A stretch of DNA of 64,000 nucleotides, taken from NCBI GenBank assembly GCA_964247055.1, contig OZ176051.1, positions 5,022,001-5,086,000 of the forward strand, read 5' to 3'. The notes under the pieces were generated by a model, which saw only the letters and a list, made by a program, of their open reading frames with translations, searched no databases and was not told where the DNA came from. The number at the start of each line of letters is the position of its first letter. The first letter of the stretch is position 1. Position numbers and translations under genes: made by a program. This stretch comes from Paragordius varius. Taxonomy: Eukaryota; Animalia; Nematomorpha. Below are positions 50,501 to 61,899 of the stretch, piece by piece.

Positions 50501-51884
50501 TGTTGGTCATTAAGTAAATGTATTACACGATTACCCCATTCACTTATATTCGTGCCTAGGGCATCAGAATGTTCCCTAAGCAGTTTAAGTAGGCAAAGAG
50601 ATGCACTTTGCTTGATGGAATCTGAACTTTCACCTAAAAATATGGATAAAACTTTAATTTTTTGTGTACTTAATTGTCATAATGTCGATAGGTATTAATA
50701 TAAATATTTGATATCTATCACGTTTGAAATAAGTTGGGTAATTGTATAAGCAATTTTTATAATCATTTAAAGAGCTCGCTTTTAAATACAATTTTGCAAA
50801 AAATGCTTGTCCTGTGATAACGATTCTTGTAAAAATTATGTATACTGAAAAAAAGGTTATATATTCTATATTTAATTGTGGCTAAAAAAATACTTGCTTA
50901 CATACCTCCAAAAATTAAAAACAAAATAGATATGGGAAAATATTTTTATAAAACATCTGTAAAAACGGTTAAAAATATTTAAAAAAATTTATATTGACTC
51001 CTATCATTTAAAATATATGTACATTAAAGCAAAACATAAGATTTTTTAACCTGATGTAAGAAATTTCGGAATGTCCTGTCCAAATGCTTCTGCCATTTCC
51101 CTGGAACTTCCGAGATTGGAAATGCAATTAAGAGCAAGGCACACAAATATTGGGTTTCGACTTTTTAAATCATTTTTAAGCGATTGTACGACAAGTTTCA
51201 TTAAATCATTATCGGGGCTTATGAGTACAGATATAAATAGGTATCCAATGTGCTTTTCCGTGTACCTAGGGTTAACAAAATTATACATTTAATTAACAAA
51301 AAAAATTTTTAAACAAAGTTGTGAGAAGATTCGTTTTTACACTATTATATTTGTTCTAAAATACCCCTAAAAGGATAGCCTAATATTTTTTTAATTCGAT
51401 CATATTGTAAAATCAGAAAATTTATAAAAATTAAAATATATGGATGTCTATACTTGTTAGAGCTGAGTAAATTGACTGCTTCCATATATCCAAAATCTAT
51501 GTCATGTCCCAGGAGAAATATGAATAGCAGTTTGCAAACATATTTCTTTTTCTGGTAACCATCAAGCGTTTTATCACCCTTAAACTTGTTTCGTATGTTG
51601 GCCAGCTCTTTGTTTATACGTTTTATTTCAGCTTCGCGTGATTTACAATTCCGAATATCACTGATAAAAAGAGCCAATCCGCGCATTCCATCACTGTTCG
51701 AAGCGGAAGCAGCCGAACTCAAAGCCGAAGCCCCGGATAGGACACCCCCAGCCGCTCCAGTCACGTTTCCAACGACACTCCCTATAACGGATGAAACGGT
51801 GTTTCCAGCACCTCCTGTAATGCTACTGCCTGTTCCGCTATTTGTTGCGTTTGTACTCCCATGCCCCATTTTGATAGCGGGCAT
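38146..51884 (-). CDS. AP2A: AP-2 complex subunit alpha (alpha-adaptin), about 19 exons
   Basis: Exons 51454-51884, 51051-51265, 50430-50633, 49507-49624, 49121-49241, 48776-48880, 48200-48383, 47574-47756, 47058-47260, 45803-45939, 45153-45333, 43908-44121, 41382-41494, 40782-41037, about 40120-40484, 39326-about 39700 (boundaries uncertain), 38911-38998, 38534-38671, 38146-38229. Motifs: [97 protein letters not shown]. Confidence 0.95.
42355..42510 (-). pseudogene. Inverted, diverged fragment of the adjacent RTE reverse transcriptase
   Basis: Its reverse complement matches 42714-42861 (gtaaagaaag...atgttaagttcagatgg...aagaataaagagcag...gtgaaaggtaag) with scattered substitutions and indels. 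Confidence 0.8.
42590..43226 (+). mobile_element. 5'-truncated RTE-clade non-LTR retrotransposon remnant (RT C-terminus), in AP2A intron
   Basis: [95 protein letters not shown]. Frameshifts and stops present. Ends in a (TAA)n-like tail. Confidence 0.85.
43345..43870. repeat. Tandem repeat, unit about 127 bp, about 4 copies
   Basis: tagatattttgttgttt...attccgcatttttcaccaaattttt recurs. Anchors at 43493, 43620 and 43748. Confidence 0.85.
44189..44721. mobile_element. Foldback family C, copy 3, in AP2A intron
   Basis: TA|CCATTTGCACTTCAAGAGTGTC...CTTGAAGTGCAAATGG|TA. The left array alternates gttggtcc and gagtgtcc units. Confidence 0.85.
46229..46757 (+). mobile_element. piggyBac-like MITE family A, copy 4, in AP2A intron
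   Basis: cacttggatacaacacattctttcagtccttcgattcaaattgggg... ends ...aagtg|TTAA. Colinear with copy 1. Confidence 0.75.
47820..47886. repeat. Perfect 21-bp inverted repeat with 25-bp spacer
   Basis: ttaaagtaaatggcaataacg (47820-47840) / cgttattgccatttactttaa (47866-47886). Confidence 0.9.
49822..50410. repeat. Tandem triplication (units about 184, about 225 and about 180 bp) in AP2A intron
   Basis: tacatataaaattaa...attacattgaaaaa restarts at 49822, 50006 and 50231. Each unit has a gcgaa-ata-ttcgc-type hairpin. Confidence 0.85.
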
Positions 51885-52035
51885 GTTTGAATATTTGATA
51901 TAAAAATAAAATTAAGCACTAATAACAAATATTGATAATCGGGATTAAAAGAATTAAGCCAAAAAATATTTCCACATAAACAGCATCGAAGAAAATGATG
52001 ATGTTAATGAATGAACAAAAATATTTTATCTAATC
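51885..52035. promoter_or_regulatory. Putative bidirectional promoter AP2A/ABCF1
   Basis: Only 151 bp separate the two divergent ATGs. Inferred from geometry; no motif was identified. Confidence 0.6.
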
Positions 52036-54141
52036 ATGCCGAGAAAAAATCGCAGTATAGCAAAGCAAAAATTTGCAGAAAATCAAACAGCCACAGAAGA
52101 AGAGAAAAAAATTACTGATAAAATTAATTTACTAGCCATTGATAATGACGAAGATTTGGAAAATGATATTATAAATCATAAACAAACATCTAAATTTAGC
52201 ATGCTTACTGATTCTGAAGAAAACGACGATATTGCAAATGAAATTAAACAAGGAAATGGTATAATTCAATACTAAAATATAGAAATTAAAAATACCATGT
52301 CTGAAGACAAACCCTCAAAGAAGACGCTTTCCAACAAAGAAAGGAAAAATTTAAAGAAAAAACAGGAAGCTATGATGGAATCATTGCTCGAAAATTCCAA
52401 TGACATGTCTCAATTTTCCCTCACTCAATCATCAATCACAGATACAAAACAAGTGTTAATGGAAACTTCACAAGATATAAAGGTTGAAGGATTTTCCATA
52501 TCCGCCAAAGGCAAAATATTATTTGACAATGCAACTTTAAACATTGCTCATCACCGTCGTTATGGGTTAGTTGGTCCTAATGGGATGGGAAAAACCACTT
52601 TGTTAAGGCACATAGCTGCCAAGCAACTTGCAATACCCAAACACATTGATATTTTGTTGTGTGAACAGGAAGTTGTAGCAGACGATACTCCAGCCGTCGA
52701 TGTTGTGTTAAATGCTGATACCAAACGCCTAGCCCTTTTAGAAGAAGAAAAAATTCTTTTAAACAAACTTGAATCATCAGACGATATGACCATTAATGAC
52801 CGTTTAAAAATTGTTTATGAAGAACTCAAAAGTTGTGGGGCCGATGCTGCTGAAGGAAAAGCTAAACGCATTCTCTCTGGGTTAGGATTTACACCTGCTA
52901 TGCAACAAAGAGCTACTAAACATTTTTCAGGTGGTTGGAGAATGAGGGTTTCCTTGGCCCGAGCATTGTTTTTGGAACCAACCCTTCTGATTTTGGATGA
53001 ACCCACCAATCATTTAGATTTAAATGCCGTTATATGGTTAGACAATTATTTACAAAATTGGAAAAAAACGTTATTAGTAGTTTCTCACGATCAAAGTTTT
53101 CTTGACAACATATGCACAGATATTGTACATTTGGATCAGCACAAACTATTCTACTACAAGGGTAACTACAGTTCCTTTAAAAAAATGCACATACAAAAGC
53201 AAAAAGAATATCTTAAGGAGTTTGAAAAACAAGAGAGGCGCCTAAAAGAGTTGAAAAAGTCTGGTAAGTCCACCAAATCAGCCGAAATTGATCAAAAATC
53301 GCTAATGAGTCGCAATAAGAAAGGAGGATCTAGTGGAAAACATGAAAAAGCAACGGGCATGAATGCTACAGAGGAAGGTGCCCCAGCACCTATTCTTCTT
53401 ACCAAACCAAAAGAATATGTCGTGAAATTCAGAATCCCACAACCTCCTCCTCTAAATCCACCCATTTTAGGTGCACACAATGTAACTTTTGGGTACCCTG
53501 GACAGGCTCCTTTGTTTGAAAATTTAGAATTTGGTATTGATATGTCATCCCGTATAACGATAGTTGGGCCCAATGGGGTTGGTAAATCTACGCTTCTTAA
53601 ATTACTTCTTGGTAAAATTGAACCTCTGAAAGGTGAAATACGCAAAAATCATCGCCTTCGAATCGGCTATTTTGATCAACATTCAGGTGAACAACTAACT
53701 CCAAATGAAACGCCAATCGAATACCTGCAAAGATTGTTTAATTTAGATTATCAGAGTGCCAGAAAAAATTTGGGTATGGTAGGCTTAGTTAGTCATGCTC
53801 ACACAACCAAAAACAAAGAACTTTCAGGCGGTCAAAAATCAAGAGTCGCACTTGCGCAATTAGCACTTAGCGCCCCTGACTGCCTGATCTTAGATGAACC
53901 GACCAATAATTTGGATTTGGAATCTATAGATGCTCTTTCAGAAGCCATAAATGAATTTGAGGGTGGGGTCGTCATCGTTAGCCATGACGAAAGATTGATA
54001 CGAGAAACGCAATGTGATTTATGGATAGTTGAGGATAAGGGAATTTTCAAAATGCAAGGCGATTTTGATGATTACAGAAAAGAAATTTTGGATAGTCTTG
54101 GTGAAACAATCACTCATCCCGGTAACATTGGAGCGCAATAG
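52036..54141 (+). CDS. ABCF1: ABC-F family translation factor ABCF1 (ABC50), about 693 aa, one 24-nt intron
   Basis: Exons 52036-52258 and 52283-54141. Two ABC cassettes ([27 protein letters not shown] and [27 protein letters not shown]), no TM segments, KEYVVKF linker and a K/E-rich N-terminus. Confidence 0.93.
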
Positions 54142-54534
54142 TTACGCATAAATATTTGATGTTCCATTCAATGTTTATATTTATATGGAATAAATTTTTT
54201 ATTTTTGTATGAATATATGACTGTCGAAAATTTAGTTTATATAGCACTCATAAAAACGAAAAATTATTTTTAAATATAAGCATAATTGATATATATTCGG
54301 AAATAGTTAGTCATCAATTTTAGTTTAAGCTTCTATATCTGGTATAATTAAATGCAATACATATTAATATAATCACGGTTTATTTTGGTTAACATATATA
54401 AATACTATAATAATAAAATATACATTAAATAACAAAAGACACATATCATTATCATCATTCTCGATAAAACTCATTTGCTAGCAAACACTTTTGATTTATT
54501 GGAAGAATTACAACTGTTAAACAATTTCTCGCTG

Positions 54535-55391
54535 CTATTTCCGAATCCATGATATTAGTTTAGTTAGGGCATATATTGCTACTAAGCCATAAAGCGTAAC
54601 AATATGCATTCGTTTTTGTCGTAATAACTCATCACGTAAAATGTTGATGTCAATATGATTGGCTACAATTTGATTTTCTAGCAAATGTATCCGTTGACTT
54701 AGGGGTAATTGAGGCGATCTATATGAGTTGGTGAAAAGTTTGATATATGCTGTCATAAATGTAAAAAAAGTATAAAGACAAAAAAATCTTAGCAAAAGTT
54801 AAGTATATTTTTAAAGCAAAACTTATTTTTTATTCCTGGACTTTAATATAACCCAAAGTTTTAGGATTCAAAATGAGGATTTGAATTTTTAAATAGTTTT
54901 ATAGGAAAAATCATTATTAATATAACTAATTTTTGTGTTTATATATTTAAATTTTGACTGTTTCTGTGATATTTAATAGCAAACCCAACGGTAATCATTT
55001 ATATTCCCATACAAGTGATGATGATGATTTAGTAACAAAAATGTTTAATTTGATAAAAACAGACCTGTCAAATGCTGAAATCGGTTTAATTTTTGATGGT
55101 AAGTTAGGAGGTTTTGATATCTCGCCATTGGGTATATTGGGTTCCTTAACATCTAATATTAGCTAAAATTTAACTTGAAACAGATAAATGTTCAGGAACA
55201 TTCATGTCGGATGCTCTAGAATAAATTGGCCGTTTGTAAACGTTATCTCCATGTCCTGCTGTCAAGTCTAACGATATTTTGGGGGGAACTGTCATATCTT
55301 TTCTAATTTGTTCAGCGTATTCAATCGATTGTTCCGTATCTTCCTCTAAACCGTTTTCCATACCATTTTTGAAACTGGCAATTTTATCCAT
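54535..55391 (-). CDS. MFF: Mitochondrial fission factor-like tail-anchored protein, about 162 aa
   Basis: Exons 55175-55391, 55065-55152, 54535-54718. Two N-terminal repeats (YAEQIRKDMTVPPKI; MNVPEHLSV), a coiled-coil-like segment, and a C-terminal TM ending ...ISWIRK*. Confidence 0.75.
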
Positions 55392-55517
55392 TCAAAATCA
55401 TTGACGATATTATTGTTAAGGCATCAAATGTGTTTGTGATAGTGTGGCAATTCATACGCCTACCAATTTCTCATCTGTATTTTTGGAGCGAAATTTTAAA
55501 TATCTTTGACATATCTA
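55392..55517. promoter_or_regulatory. Putative bidirectional promoter MFF/CHAF1A
   Basis: 126 bp between the divergent ATGs. Confidence 0.55.
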
Positions 55518-58500
55518 ATGGTTGAAACATGCCTTGAACCCGATGATTTGGAAATCGTTTCAGATTTCAGCAAAACACCCAAATTTAATCGAAAATTAGG
55601 GAAGAAAGAGGGCTTTTTGCAGCTAAAAAATGTTGCTAAAGCAGAAAAAGACAATGTTAAACAGGAACGTCTTAAGAAAATTGAGTAAAATAAAATATTT
55701 TTATGTTTTTAGGGAAAGGAAATTAGAAAAGGTAAAACGGGAAGAGTAATAATTTATACATAATTTTAAGGGACCGAAACTTAAAACGAGCCAAATTAGA
55801 GGAATTAAAACGCGAACGTGAAGCCTTAAAAGAATCAAAAATTAAGGAGAAAATGGATAGGGAAGCCGAACGACTTAAGCAAAAAGTTGAGAGAGAAAGT
55901 ATGAAACTCAAAGAAAAACTCGAAAAAGAATTAGAAAAACAAGAAAAAGAACGATTGCAACAAGAAGAACAAAATAAAATTTGCAAAATAGTATTTTTCC
56001 ATTTAATTCTAAACTTTGTATTAAAATGTATTATTGTGTTAATTTTAAAATGCAACCATCATTTCAATTAAAACTTTATAAACATACAACAATGTTAAAT
56101 TTTTATGTAATACATTAGATATTCATATAATATTTTTTGACCATATGTTAATATGGTAATCTATACTAAAATTTGATTATATATATAGAAAGAAAAGCAA
56201 AAACAAGTTTTTGAAAAGTTTTTCATGAAAACTACAACCCCCTTAAATTCTAGCGTTCAGTCCGAAAAAAATAGTTCATCCACCAAAATAAACAACACTG
56301 TTATTGAAAATAAAAATGGCTTTTTCAAACCGTTTGTGGTTAAAAAATTTGTTTCATTGGCCCCTCTGAAAAAAACGATTAAAACATTGGATTCCAATTT
56401 CGATATAACCATAAACAAGGTAGGTAAATCGATTAATTCACATATACATTATATAATATAGTTAGGATGCTCATAAAAATAATCAATCATAAACTTTTAA
56501 ATATATGTTGTAAAGTTATTATTAAAAAATGAAAATAAATTGTGAGATTTCAATTTTATATAAAGATTTTTTATTCGTATTAAGACCAAGGTGATATATT
56601 CATTTTATTTCAGTTTAATTACAAATATACCATGAAGACTGCGTTTATAACCTGTCAAAATAATTTTTATTCTTAAATCAGACGGTAACCCAACCCAAAT
56701 TACAGTTGAATATATTTTTGATTATTTATTTATATATATATATATATATATGTTAAAAAATTTGATTATAGCAAAATACTCTGAAAGAAGATCTTTACCT
56801 TAAAAGAACGGACAAAGGATTAACTTTAAGTGATCAAAATTTAACTGCTCTCCCAAAAACAGCCACAATTCCAAAATCTAAACTTAGTATCCTGAATAAA
56901 GATTATCAAGCTATTTATTCGGATGAATGTTTAAAAAAAGTATCACCCCAAAAAAATGAAAGTGATGATGTAATTATCGAGGATTATGTCAATTTTCAAA
57001 AATATTTTAATGCTACACAAACTTCTATACCCACTAACAACAGATATAAGGTATCATAATATTTTTTGTATATGATGATTGAATGTTAGTTTTTTTCATT
57101 ATTTTATTAATATTTTATGTTTAGACAAATTTTAGGGTGGATTATATGTTCATTGTTAGTTTTATAATTTTATTCATTTCCAATTAATCTCGAGTTTAGA
57201 TATGCTAGTTTTTTTCAAAAAGTTATTTATGTATGTTTAACCAGTATTTTAGACTTTTAAATATATCATGTATTATCGAATAAAAATTTTAAACAATTTT
57301 TGATTGATATATTCTTTTCAAACGTTTTAAATTATTCTATTTAAACATCAATGTTATTATAGTCTTTTGCAATTTCAACAAAATTATGTTTATAAAAAAA
57401 TTTTTCCTAAACCAAAATTATATCATCTTTAATATTTTATCATTGTTTTTGGAATTTCAAAAACAAGTTTAAAACACACTTTCTCGATTAATAACACACA
57501 CTATTTAACTCTTGTATTGGGAAGAAAATTGTTTGTGATCAAAGTAAATTTTACACAAAAAGGTTTATCATTTTATCTAAAACCTAAACATCTTTTCACA
57601 GGTCAAACTTTTGCAATTTCATGAAAACCATCGACCAGCTTACTATGGAACGTTCAAGAACAAAACATTCATACAAAGGCAACTAAACGCTTCACGCAGA
57701 GCTGAGATTGAAAATGCTTTATTTGATCCAGAAACAAACGATAATAATGTTACAAACAACAATTTTGAGGGTCAAAGCCAGAATGGTGTTACTATATTGC
57801 CCATAAGAATAAAACCAACCCTAGTTATAAATAGTATGGGCAATTGTAATTTGGAAACCCCTGAGAATGTACCTGAAAACGTTGATGACAACTTAAAAGG
57901 CGTCATTGATAAAATGGAAACTTGCAGCGAAAATGGTGGAGAAAATGGTTATGATTTTTTATCATGTTTTGTAATTAAATGTAAAATAGAGATTGAGTTA
58001 TTTAACGTATTTGTTTTCAAAAATTTATCATTCACTCTCAAAAGTGTGTGATTAGCAAAGGTGTTTTTAGATTTATAAGTTAATTTTCCATTGGATTTTT
58101 ATTACACCTTATTAATTATACAAATTTAAACATTTAATATATAAAATTTGGATATAATTGTTTCAATTAATTGAAAATGCATGATTTTATACGAATTTTT
58201 ATTTAGGTGCCTTGGAAATGTTACCGAATAAAGTTAATAACAATACAACATCGAATATAAGCCAATATTTGCGCTGTATAAAGCGAATGGCCAGAAACCC
58301 GTTTCTAAAACTAGATTCAGTAATTATTTTCATTTTTTTTATACATAAATATATTTTTCTATGTTTTTGATTATTAAATTTATTCAATATTTTTTTAAAA
58401 AGGAAGTGCTATATTTATATTGGTTTATCAAAAGCTAAAACCTAAAATATGTTTATAGTTCTCTATTATCCAATTGGTTTATATATGTAATTCTTAAAAT

Positions 58501-58743
58501 AATACAATAAAATATTGTAAATTATTTAAAATAACCAATTTTTTTATTTATTTAACAAATTTTTTTAGCCAATCATAGATTACAGCTATGACAGTGATGA
58601 TGATTGGGAAGAATGCGACATGGGTGAAAGTTTGCATTCTAATGAAAAGGTATCTAAAATTTTCAGTTTAATTTCCATAAATGTCAATTAAATTTAATTT
58701 AAAATTCGTATAACCACTGCATTTATACCAAAATTGCAAAGTT

Positions 58744-58783
<40 letters not shown>

Positions 58784-59247
58784 GAAATCGATATGTGAAA
58801 ACCCCAAGTCAAATAGTTGTGTCGTACTGATGAGTGCTAACAAGCACGATAGTCTGCGATTACTATTGACGAAGGGTTTCACATATAATTTCTGTTAATA
58901 ATTATCTTTCTATTAATTTTTTATTTAATTTCCGATTATTATTATATAACGGATTTTACAACTGTTACAAAACATAATCAATCCTTCATTTACCATTACA
59001 AATCACATAAATATATCAATTTTTATATCACAGAAAAGTATACCCTTTTAAACTATGTTTTAAGTTTATAAGATTTTTTTTAATTATATCAACTATTCTA
59101 TTTTTCCTTGATAAATCTTATGTATACTATAGGAGGATGATGAAGAATTGGATGAAATACTTTATAGTTTGGAGGAAAATCCGGATGAAAAGTTAATTTT
59201 ATTATAAATTTATATGTTTAAAATAAACTGATCATAAAGGATTTAAA

Positions 59248-59311
<64 letters not shown>

Positions 59312-61741
59312 CCCCAAAGTTAAGAATGGTTAATTGATACAAGAATAGATTTTAGTGTAAATATCAACCTTTTTTAAATGATAATTTTGGATTAATTTGC
59401 TTTATTTTGGTGAAAAAAATGTTTAAAATATTTTGTCTTAAACGTAATTATATTTGGACTTTACTAAAAATAGTTTATTTATTTTAACATTTATTCCTCA
59501 ATTTATAATCAATGTTATCCAATAATTATCTTTTGCCACAGTGTACAATTGATTAAGAAAGTGAGACAACGTAAACTTCAACACAAACAACGCACAGCAG
59601 GGCTCGGGCGAAAAGACGCGTTCTTCAAAGTCCCCAAAAATATTAGTAATAATAATTCTGAGGCAGATGAAAATAGTAGCGAATCAGATTACGAGAGTGA
59701 TGATGGATTTATCGTTGAACATGGTTACCTTTCAGTCGATGAATTGAGTTGTCATTCAGATAATATGGCACCACAGCCAAATAATGGAATTAAGCCAAGC
59801 GACATGACTACAGCGATGACAAATACTGAAGAAATTTATGATGAAAACGGTCTAAAAAATTCTTTGGTATGTGTGGCATTAATTTTATTATTTAAGGAGA
59901 TATTTGTTTGCTCATTTTTATTTATTAAGTTACTAGCGTAAATCTCGTGCTTCTACGCAGCCCGAGGAAGTCCCTCGGACTTCTGGGGGGATTTGAATAA
60001 TGGGTTTACCGGTTTCCCGGAAACAGATCACAAAGCCAGCATTTTCCATTTTTAGAAATAGCTAGATTAGTAAAATCGTAATTATTGGGGGCGGGCGTGT
60101 ATTTATCATATTTTTTAGTTTTACTGAATTTTTGTAATATCAACTAATAAGACATAGAAAGAAGTTGGCACATACATTTTCCCTAATATATGTTTTTCAA
60201 AGATTAATTTATAAGTATATTTTTAGGTGAAAAGCAACAACACCCCGAATCACGATATGGATTTAATACGGGCCCAACAGAAGCTAAAGTTACAAGAATG
60301 GAAAGACGCCCTTAATAAAAAATATAATAATAATAATAATTTACTGGGTAAAGCAAATTCATCCGGCGATGCTAAAAATACTGGATACAATGCTAAATTG
60401 ATACCTAAGGTTATAGGACCAATACGTTGTGTTAATCCTTACCAAATCTCCAAGATTGATTGCGCTGCGCATTTTACCGACCATGAATTATGTTTTCAAG
60501 AAGTTAAAAACCTACAAGTATATCCAACATCTTTCATTTATTTTATATTTTTTATTTTTATTATTTTTTCTTGGGAAATAGAGTGCATTCCCATCTATAA
60601 TAATCCCGAATGTGGGAAAAAATACATGGGTCATTATAAACATCGTGACCCTTTATATAAATATATAAAAAAATATCCAAAATTTAGTTAATATATATAT
60701 ATATATGTATATAAATGATATTTTTCAGATCTTTAAAACTGGCCCACATGTCTTTTTAATATATAAGATTGAAATAGTTTAGTTATATTTTTGATTTTTA
60801 CTAGGCATGTCCATTATATGCCTTACCATTGGATTTATCAGCTCGTATTTCCAAAAAGACTTATCAAATCTTAACAACAAATGATAGTACACCAAACAAG
60901 ACATCTGCAAAACAAATTAATAAGCTTGAAACAAATACTAATTCACCTTCTTCTTGCATTAAACATTCCGCAAATAGTTTAACTAATGGATTTCATGATG
61001 AAAGCATCTCAAATGGCAATTTAAGTGTAGTGGGAAATGCGAAAAAACTTATTCCAGAATCGGGTAAATACAGTAAATTTGAAATTATAAAGACAAAACT
61101 TAAAATTCAAAGACTGACCATTTTTTTTATAAAGATGACCATATTTTTTAACGTTAATTTTCTTTATAACATTACTTTTGGTTGCAAAATAAGGCATAGA
61201 CATATTAATTGGTAACATATCACATTTTAAAAAATTTTAATTGTCTTTATCATTTTATTTTTTTGCTAAAATTGGGAATCCAATAAATATTTTTCCATAA
61301 ACTTTTCTATAAAATATATTTTAATCTTAGCTATTCCATATCTGGCTAAATTCGTGCATGGTAATAGTAAAAGCATTATTAAAATTGTGTCCGAATTTCA
61401 AGCTCTTTGGTGGAAAAGAGAAGCCAAATCCGATAGTTTGCTAAATGATAATGGTTCCGATTTTGCAGATATTCAAGTTACTTTTAAATAAATTTTAAAA
61501 TTTTCATTATTCAATGCACATTATTTTCTATATACATGTTCTTAATTTATAGCCAATTCCAAGTTTACCTAATCTCTTGTGCAAAAAACACATTGAAAAT
61601 ACTATAAAACACATTGCGACATATTTGAGTTCAGATAAAAATGCATTTAATCGAGCCTGTTGGATCCTGAAGGATGAATTTTATCAACAATACCATGATG
61701 TTTTTGAATCAATTGACATACATTCACAAATTATTAATTGA
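55518..61741 (+). CDS. CHAF1A: Chromatin assembly factor 1 subunit A (p150)
   Basis: Exons 55518-55684, 55713-55745, 55771-55990, 56189-56419, 56772-57050, 57602-57947, 58207-58319, 58569-58649, 59133-59191, 59542-59866, 60227-60517, 60805-61063, 61331-61476, 61553-61741. KER coiled coil, QVFEKFFMK, FFKPFVVK, KLLQFHENHRPAYYGT, IDYSYDSDDDWEE, DDGFIVEHGYLSVDE, FVHGNSK, RACWIL. Confidence 0.88.
58791..58886 (+). ncRNA. Type I hammerhead-ribozyme-like RNA with minimal helix III and GAUA core variant, in CHAF1A intron
   Basis: Helix I tcgta/tgcga, extended by aatag/ctatt, gtc/gac, ccc/ggg and atatgtgaaa/tttcacatat. Core CTGATGA (58827-58833). Helix II gtgct-aaca-agcac. Then GATA, then GTC (58852-58854). 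Confidence 0.6.
59252..59309. repeat. (TA)n microsatellite, the longest of many in the window
   Basis: About 29 uninterrupted TA units. Others at about 5503, 7027, 14803, 22166, 37944, 42327, 47495, 56733 and 58747. Confidence 0.95.
59932..60110. mobile_element. Dispersed repeat related to the 9.3-10.4 kb array, with an ACTAG-type start
   Basis: 59990-60070 is the reverse complement of about 9815-9895 (ccggaaacagatcacaaagcca...cattttccattttta). Begins ttactagcgtaaatctcgtgcttc. Confidence 0.5.
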
Positions 61742-61899
61742 TTAATTTTGATTAAATTGCATATATTTTAAATCATGTAATTTTTTGCATTTAATATGGT
61801 ATTCAACTCTCTAAATTTTTTCTTATAATAAATTTATTAAGGTGAAAAGGCGGAAATATAAAATTTAAATCATTATAACACACACACACATTCCAAATA

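Noticed and set aside
52560-54050. Antisense and alternate-frame ORFs over ABCF1 (also 24423-24857 over DPP8/9, 51586-51903 and 51071-51292 over AP2A, and 55723-56055 over CHAF1A)
   Set aside because: These are shadow frames of real coding exons with no independent evidence.
60577-60691. Apparent extra CHAF1A exon (CIPIYNNPECGKK...)
   Set aside because: It has no phase-0 donor to rejoin the next exon, whereas 60517 joins 60805 directly in frame.
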